Sequence record: SRR31156797_179
Length of the DNA: 64,000 nucleotides
Reading direction: 5' to 3' (one strand)
Every line of letters starts with the position of its first letter. Positions within the stretch are counted from its first letter, which is position 1. The notes under the pieces were generated by a model. The model was not told the DNA's origin and searched no databases. It worked only from the letters and a program-made list of their open reading frames with translations. Position numbers and translations under genes: made by a program. Shown here piece by piece: positions 58,750-64,000 of this stretch.

Positions 58750-60785
58750 TGGATGACTTTAAAGCCAGATTTAGTGGGGAAGTAAGCGAGCTACTGGAAG
58801 GTTTAGAAGGGAAATTACTCCAATTGGAGAAATCTCCCAATAATACAGAAGCTATTGCTGAATTATTCCGTGTAATGCATACTATTAAAGGTACAGCATC
58901 TATGTTTGGATTTACGAATATGGGTAAATTAACACATGATGTGGAAGACCTTTATCAGTTAGTTCGTTCTGGTGAAATGAGTGCTGATGAGCGTATTATT
59001 ACAATTAGTTTTACAACCGTAGATTTACTTAGAATGTTATTAGAATCCGGAGATGAATTAAACGGTGAGTTAAAATCTAAATTTGATCAAACACTTGATG
59101 CTGTAAAAGAAATTTTATCTGAAGATAATACTTCTGATGAGGGTAGAGAAAGAGAACATTTTGGAAAAGAAGTGATAGAAAATAGTAACTTCTATTATGT
59201 GCGATATCAACCCGATAAGGATGTGCTAAGTCGCGGTATTGATCCTTTAGCAATATTTGAGGAATTAGAAGAGGAAGGTGAGTTTATTGCCTTTTTAGAT
59301 TTAAGTCTGGTTCCCAAAATTGAAGATTTTGATACAGATAAGACATTTTTGGCCTGGGATATATTCTGCACCGGATTTGAAGATCAGGAAACTGTTGAAG
59401 ATGTATTTTTATTTTTTATGAGTCATGAGTTTAGTGTTCAACAATTTTCCGGTAGCGATTTAAAAGATGTTGAAAACACAAACGGTTTAATAGAGCGACT
59501 AGGTTCTTATGATATCGACGAAAATGAATTAATACGTCGTTTATCAGGTCTTTGTGGTGATTGTGATGCTAAAAAAGAACTCATTGAACAAGAAGAACAA
59601 GATTATGACATTAAAAAGAATGATCTTGCGGACGTTCAACAAATTGAGACTATTCGTGTGGACGCTAAGCGTCTGGATGAGCTCATTAATCTTGTAAGTG
59701 AGCTGGTTACAATAAATGGACAGTTAGATTTAACTGCAGGAGAATTGAAACATTCAATTTTGCAAAAACAAATTTCTGAATTAGGTAAGCTATCCAAAAG
59801 ATTTAGGGATAATGCATTGAACCTGCGCCTTGTACCAGTTGATGTGTTATCAGTCAAAATGCAGAGAGTGGTCAGAGATTTAGCGTCTGAGTTGGGTAAA
59901 AAGATTGATTTTATAACAGAAGGAACAAGCACTGAACTGGATAAGAGTATTATCAATAGGTTGGAAGGTCCGGTTTTACATATAATAAGAAATTCAATTG
60001 ATCATGCCATTGAAATGCCGGAAGAAAGATTAGCACAAAACAAACCCGAACATGGTGTCATTCGTTTTATTGCCTTTTATTCCGGTGCCAATGTATTCAT
60101 TCAAATACAGGATGATGGAAGAGGTATTGATCCTGTCAAAATACGGAAAAAAGCTATTGAAAAAGGCTTAATTCAAGAAGGTGTGCAGCTTACAGAAGAT
60201 GAAACATACAACCTAATTTTTGAACCGGCATTTTCCACCGCTGAGAATGTTTCAAATGTCTCAGGTCGCGGTGTTGGATTAGATAGTGTGAGAAAGCAGA
60301 TAGCTGATATGCGCGGTCAGGTGGATGTGGAATCTGAAATTGGACTTGGAACAAGTTTTACTATTAAGCTTCCTCTAACGCTTTCAATTATAGATACTTT
60401 GATGACCGGTGTTGAAGATCATGTTATTTTGGTTCCGATGGAATATATTGTAAAAACAATGTTTGTAGAGGATGTTTCTCAGCCCAGAATTAAATATGAG
60501 GGTGAATTCATTCCATTAATAAATATGCGAGCTGTTCTCCGGGAGTCAAAAGCTAAATCGAAAATGAGGGTGCTGATCATCAGGCACTACAATTATAAGT
60601 ATGCTGTGGCAGTAGATCGAATTATGCGTGATTATCAGGCGGTTGTAAAACCTTTGGGTGCTTACAACAGACATCATCCATTTTTCTCAGGTTCCAGTAT
60701 TTTAGGAGATGGTAGTTTAGCGCTTATACTTGATATCAATAGATTGATTAAATATCAGAAACAAAATAATGTGCAAAACATATGA
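58749..60785 (+). CDS. cheA: Chemotaxis histidine kinase CheA
   Basis: HPt motif LFRVMHTIKG, TIRVD..RLD.L.NLV.EL, HIIRNSIDH, DDGRG, VSGRGVG and a C-terminal CheW domain. Confidence 0.96.
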   Translation: MDDFKARFSGEVSELLEGLEGKLLQLEKSPNNTEAIAELFRVMHTIKGTASMFGFTNMGKLTHDVEDLYQLVRSGEMSADERIITISFTTVDLLRMLLESGDELNGELKSKFDQTLDAVKEILSEDNTSDEGREREHFGKEVIENSNFYYVRYQPDKDVLSRGIDPLAIFEELEEEGEFIAFLDLSLVPKIEDFDTDKTFLAWDIFCTGFEDQETVEDVFLFFMSHEFSVQQFSGSDLKDVENTNGLIERLGSYDIDENELIRRLSGLCGDCDAKKELIEQEEQDYDIKKNDLADVQQIETIRVDAKRLDELINLVSELVTINGQLDLTAGELKHSILQKQISELGKLSKRFRDNALNLRLVPVDVLSVKMQRVVRDLASELGKKIDFITEGTSTELDKSIINRLEGPVLHIIRNSIDHAIEMPEERLAQNKPEHGVIRFIAFYSGANVFIQIQDDGRGIDPVKIRKKAIEKGLIQEGVQLTEDETYNLIFEPAFSTAENVSNVSGRGVGLDSVRKQIADMRGQVDVESEIGLGTSFTIKLPLTLSIIDTLMTGVEDHVILVPMEYIVKTMFVEDVSQPRIKYEGEFIPLINMRAVLRESKAKSKMRVLIIRHYNYKYAVAVDRIMRDYQAVVKPLGAYNRHHPFFSGSSILGDGSLALILDINRLIKYQKQNNVQNI

Positions 60786-61273
60786 CAATAACTCAAGAAT
60801 CTATAGCAGTTTTAAATTTTAGGCTTGGCAAGGAAATTTTAGCAGTAAATGTGGAGAATGTCCTGGAAGTGCTTAGAAATGAGGGTCTAACTGCTATACC
60901 TCGGTCAGAGAATTTTGTGCGGGGTATTGTTCAGTTTCGTGGCGAAATTATTACGGTGATTGATTTTAGTGAGAAGTTGAATTTGCATGATAATGAGCCC
61001 ACTAAAGGTAAAGTTGTAATAGTGTTTAATGTCGAAACTGATGACCATTCATTTAAGGTTGGTATACTAGCTGACGATGTGATGGCTGTGGAAAACATTC
61101 ATCAGAGCGATGTTAAACAAGTTGATGAAATCACACATTACTATAATCCTGAATATCTTGAAGGTGTAGTCAATATTAAAGACCAATTTGTAATTGTGCT
61201 TGATATCAATAAAATCTTTTCGCAAAAAGAGATTGAGATAATTCAAAAATCTGTAACCAACGAAAAAAAATAA
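60782..61273 (+). CDS. cheW: Chemotaxis adaptor CheW
   Basis: F.LG.E..A..V..V.EV, IP....V.GI..FRG.I, GILAD.V and LD..KI. Confidence 0.93.
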   Translation: MTITQESIAVLNFRLGKEILAVNVENVLEVLRNEGLTAIPRSENFVRGIVQFRGEIITVIDFSEKLNLHDNEPTKGKVVIVFNVETDDHSFKVGILADDVMAVENIHQSDVKQVDEITHYYNPEYLEGVVNIKDQFVIVLDINKIFSQKEIEIIQKSVTNEKK

Positions 61274-61277
61274 TATT

Positions 61278-62705
61278 ATGGACAATATTCTTACTTTAGT
61301 TCTAACGCTTATTGGAGGAGTAGTAACCATGACTCCAATTGTGTATTTTATATTTAAAAAGTCCATTTCTTTTCTTGTAGGACTTCTTGTTATTGCTGCC
61401 TCATTTGGTACGTTAATTCTAGCCAGTATAGACCTTAGCGAAAATGTAATGGTTGATAAAATATTGGGAATTACCATTTTAGTATCGATAATGTCTATTT
61501 TATTATACATTTTTGATCGAAATGTTGGTCGACATCTTCGTACTTTAACCCACAAAATCAACGAACTTTCGCACGGAGATTTATCTGTGGAATTAGATCA
61601 GAAGTTGACCAAAAAGAAAAATGAAATTGGGGATATTATGGGATCTATGAATAGGATGCTCGATAACTTGAAAGAAAGTGCTGAAATGGCTAAAAGCGTA
61701 GCTGATGGACAATTATTTGTGGAAGTTGGTGACAATAGACAGGGTGATTTAGATAATGCCATTCGTAATATGGTAGCCAATTTGAAACAAATTACTACTG
61801 ATATTAAATCCGCTGCTGCACAAGTAGAAATGGGAAGTGGGCAAGTAAGTGAATCTGCACAAAGTATTTCATCCGGAGCCAGTGAGCAGGCTGCATCTTC
61901 AGAAGAGGTAGCTTCATCTATGGAAGAAATGTCTACTAATATTCAACAGAATACAGAGCACGCCTTACAAGCAGAGAAAGTAGCTGAAATGGTAGCCAAA
62001 GATATTGAATCAGTTAATATTTCATTTGCTGAAAGTGCTAAAGCTATGCAACAGATTAAAGAGAAAATTGATAATATCAATGACCTTGCCGAACGCACCG
62101 ACCTTTTGGCTATTAATGCTGCAATTGAAGCTGCGAGAGCAGGCGAGTACGGAAAAGGATTTGCAGTTGTGGCCGGAGAAATTCGTGAATTAGCTGAAAA
62201 TAGCCAAAAAACTGCAGAGTTGATATCTACTGTGGCCATGAAAAGTTTGGAGCAATTCAGTGATTCACAGCAAAAACTAGAAAAAGTTGTACCTGAAATA
62301 AATAACACAGCAACTTTAGTGAAAGAGATTGCTGCAGCCAGTGGGGAGCAAAATACTGGAGTATCTGAAATCAATCAGGCATTGCAACAACTATCTTCTG
62401 TTACGCAAAGTAACTCTGCTTTAGCTGAAGAAATGGCTGCTAGCTCAGAGCAGTTATCATCTCAAAGTCAGAGTTTAAATGAAGCTATCAGTTTCCTAAA
62501 AACATCGCAGGAAGATTATGATTTATCAAAAAGAAATGAGCTGGAACAAGAGTTTGAGCGATTGAAAAGCTTATTAAGCACCAATCACAAAAAAACAACT
62601 CAAAATAAAATAACAGCTAAAACAAAAACAGATCCTGCTAAAAAACAAAAAGGTGTTGATTTGGATATGGGAGACGATGAGTTTGAGAACTTTGATAAAG
62701 AGTAG
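61278..62705 (+). CDS. Methyl-accepting chemotaxis protein (3 TM helices, HAMP domains, no periplasmic ligand-binding domain)
   Basis: [32 protein letters not shown]; methylation motif EQAASSEE; C-terminal DEFENF. Confidence 0.95.
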   Translation: MDNILTLVLTLIGGVVTMTPIVYFIFKKSISFLVGLLVIAASFGTLILASIDLSENVMVDKILGITILVSIMSILLYIFDRNVGRHLRTLTHKINELSHGDLSVELDQKLTKKKNEIGDIMGSMNRMLDNLKESAEMAKSVADGQLFVEVGDNRQGDLDNAIRNMVANLKQITTDIKSAAAQVEMGSGQVSESAQSISSGASEQAASSEEVASSMEEMSTNIQQNTEHALQAEKVAEMVAKDIESVNISFAESAKAMQQIKEKIDNINDLAERTDLLAINAAIEAARAGEYGKGFAVVAGEIRELAENSQKTAELISTVAMKSLEQFSDSQQKLEKVVPEINNTATLVKEIAAASGEQNTGVSEINQALQQLSSVTQSNSALAEEMAASSEQLSSQSQSLNEAISFLKTSQEDYDLSKRNELEQEFERLKSLLSTNHKKTTQNKITAKTKTDPAKKQKGVDLDMGDDEFENFDKE

Positions 62706-62729
62706 TTCATAACTCTTAAAATTATATTT

Positions 62730-62760
62730 AATCCTCGCAATTATGCGGGGATTTTTTTTT
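62730..62760 (+). terminator. Intrinsic terminator of the che operon
   Basis: AATCCTCGCA-ATTA-TGCGGGGATT followed by a T-tract. Confidence 0.85.
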
Positions 62761-62917
62761 GATATTTAGAACGCGGATATTGCTGATTTGTAGATGGTTA
62801 ATTGGTGAGTTTTTAACTTTTTTGGCTTTTCTTAATCGGGTTTGTTGCAATAAATATCTAAAGATATACTGATTTTTACAGATACTGTGATACCTCTTTT
62901 TAATTTGCGTTTTTTTA

Positions 62918-63088
62918 ATGATCCCAGCGGGATCTCATATTTTTAAACTGTTCGTTTCTATATCGTCTTCGATTCCGGAGGAATCGCATATTCTTTCATT
63001 GTTTTCATAGAAAATGTTCGACTCTTCTGGAGTCGTAGTTTTGCATTGTGAAAGATTTTTTACAGATATGCAACCTCTCCGAGGTTGT
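62918..63088. repeat. Array of four REP-like GC-rich palindromes
   Basis: GATCCC-AGC-GGGATC, CGATTCC-GGA-GGAATCG, CGACTCT-TCT-GGAGTCG and CAACCTC-TCC-GAGGTTG at about 50-nt spacing. Confidence 0.7.
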
Positions 63089-63100
63089 AATTTTAAATAT

Positions 63101-63129
63101 AAAAAAGGGCTGCCAACCGGCAGCCCTTT
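63101..63129 (-). terminator. Intrinsic terminator of the T9SS cargo gene
   Basis: AAAGGGCTGCC-AACC-GGCAGCCCTTT with a T-tract on the minus strand. Confidence 0.85.
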
Positions 63130-63189
63130 CCTTATTAAACCAACTAGAATAATGCTATGAGGAACATTATATTATTATGAGAAACCAAC

Positions 63190-63999
63190 TTACTTTACTT
63201 CTAGTTTTACATTTTTCATTTCATTTCCATTAACGATTCTAATGATGTATAGACCGTTATTAAGATTTGAAATATCAATGTTACTTTCCATTAGATTTTC
63301 AATATTCATCACCTTGCTTCCGCTCATGTTATAAACTTCAATTGAAGCGCCTTCAGCGTTTACAATGTTTACAACATCGCTGGCAGGGTTAGGATAAACG
63401 GAGATATTATCTAATGCAATATCATTCGTTGAAATACCTGACATATCGAAATCCATTGTGATTTGATCTGATTCTCCTGTTGCGTAAACAGCTACCACAC
63501 CAGCAGTGTGAGTACCATTAGTTGCAAGTTGCTCTTCAGTGAATGTGTATTCACGCTCTGAAATTGCAGCAGCAATTGGAGTTGATAAATCATTCAGGTA
63601 AACGTGATAGGAAGTAGGAAGCTTCACATTTTTCAAAGCTTGTGCTGCGTTACCTTTCTTATTACTTTGTTGTACTATAATATTTGATAGTTCAGGTGTA
63701 CCTGACTGTGCAGGATCAATTGTGATAAGTTCAGTAGATTTTCCTGCAATAGCTGTTGCTCTAAGTAAGAATACAGCTGGGTTTGTACCTAATTCTGTTA
63801 ATGGTAAGAAACCATTTGTCTCATCATAATAGTATCCTTTATCTGTATTAGGACCGTTTTCATCAATAGAAACAAAATTGGTATTACCTGTTAGGTTATT
63901 CCACCTTACCATGGCATAGAAAGATCCATTAAACTCGATACCTTCTGTAGCTACTGTAATCCAGTTATCAGCTGGGATTTCAAATGAAGGAGTAGTTCC
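63190..63999 (-). CDS. T9SS C-terminal sorting domain protein, 5'-truncated by the window edge
   Basis: Frame is open to the window edge (GTTPSFEIPADNW...). FN3-like SYHVY...GVVAVYATGES; CTD VYPNPASD...IEVYNMSG...LNNGLYIIRI...KLEVK. Confidence 0.92.
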   Translation of the reverse strand, partial: GTTPSFEIPADNWITVATEGIEFNGSFYAMVRWNNLTGNTNFVSIDENGPNTDKGYYYDETNGFLPLTELGTNPAVFLLRATAIAGKSTELITIDPAQSGTPELSNIIVQQSNKKGNAAQALKNVKLPTSYHVYLNDLSTPIAAAISEREYTFTEEQLATNGTHTAGVVAVYATGESDQITMDFDMSGISTNDIALDNISVYPNPASDVVNIVNAEGASIEVYNMSGSKVMNIENLMESNIDISNLNNGLYIIRIVNGNEMKNVKLEVK

Positions 64000-64000
64000 T

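Noticed and set aside
61067-62374. Antisense ORFs of 164 and 143 aa over cheW/MCP (likewise 12141-12572, 28242-28601, 30665-31084, 41260-41664)
   Set aside because: They lie opposite well-supported genes and show no motifs; typical antisense shadows.
62918-63088. CRISPR array
   Set aside because: The units are periodic but not identical, they switch orientation, and no cas genes are present; REP-like is a better fit.

Overview
AT-rich bacterial chromosomal segment, almost certainly from Bacteroidota. Evidence: TAnnTTTG -7 promoter elements, a T9SS C-terminal sorting domain, signal peptides followed by Gln, and the gene orders ribH-TPR/recF-DUF721-ndk-nrnA-FKBP and rseC-rnfBCDGEA. The Rnf complex and ferredoxin suggest an anaerobic or facultative, Bacteroidales/Marinilabiliales-like organism (inference). 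Most of the window is housekeeping (ribH, recF, ndk, nrnA, three FKBP lipoproteins, rnf, recG, exbB-exbD-tonB, MATE, peptidases). Accessory blocks: (i) a five-gene glycan-modification cluster (flippase, Cys-less AsnB-like amide ligase, CapA-family protein, sulfotransferase, GT4) divergent from yfhO; (ii) two orphan sensor kinases; (iii) a three-gene envelope operon (secreted ankyrin protein, beta-barrel, PKD/GEVED lipoprotein); (iv) a PspA-DUF4178-DUF350-membrane aminopropyltransferase-rhomboid locus; (v) a cheY-cheA-cheW-MCP chemosensory operon, notable in a lineage that generally lacks flagella. Also present: a 59-aa ferredoxin missed by the ORF track, an array of four REP-like hairpins, an inverted heptamer-repeat element and several candidate regulatory sites. 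No tRNA, rRNA, CRISPR array or transposase was recognised. All calls come from motifs read by eye; no searches were run.
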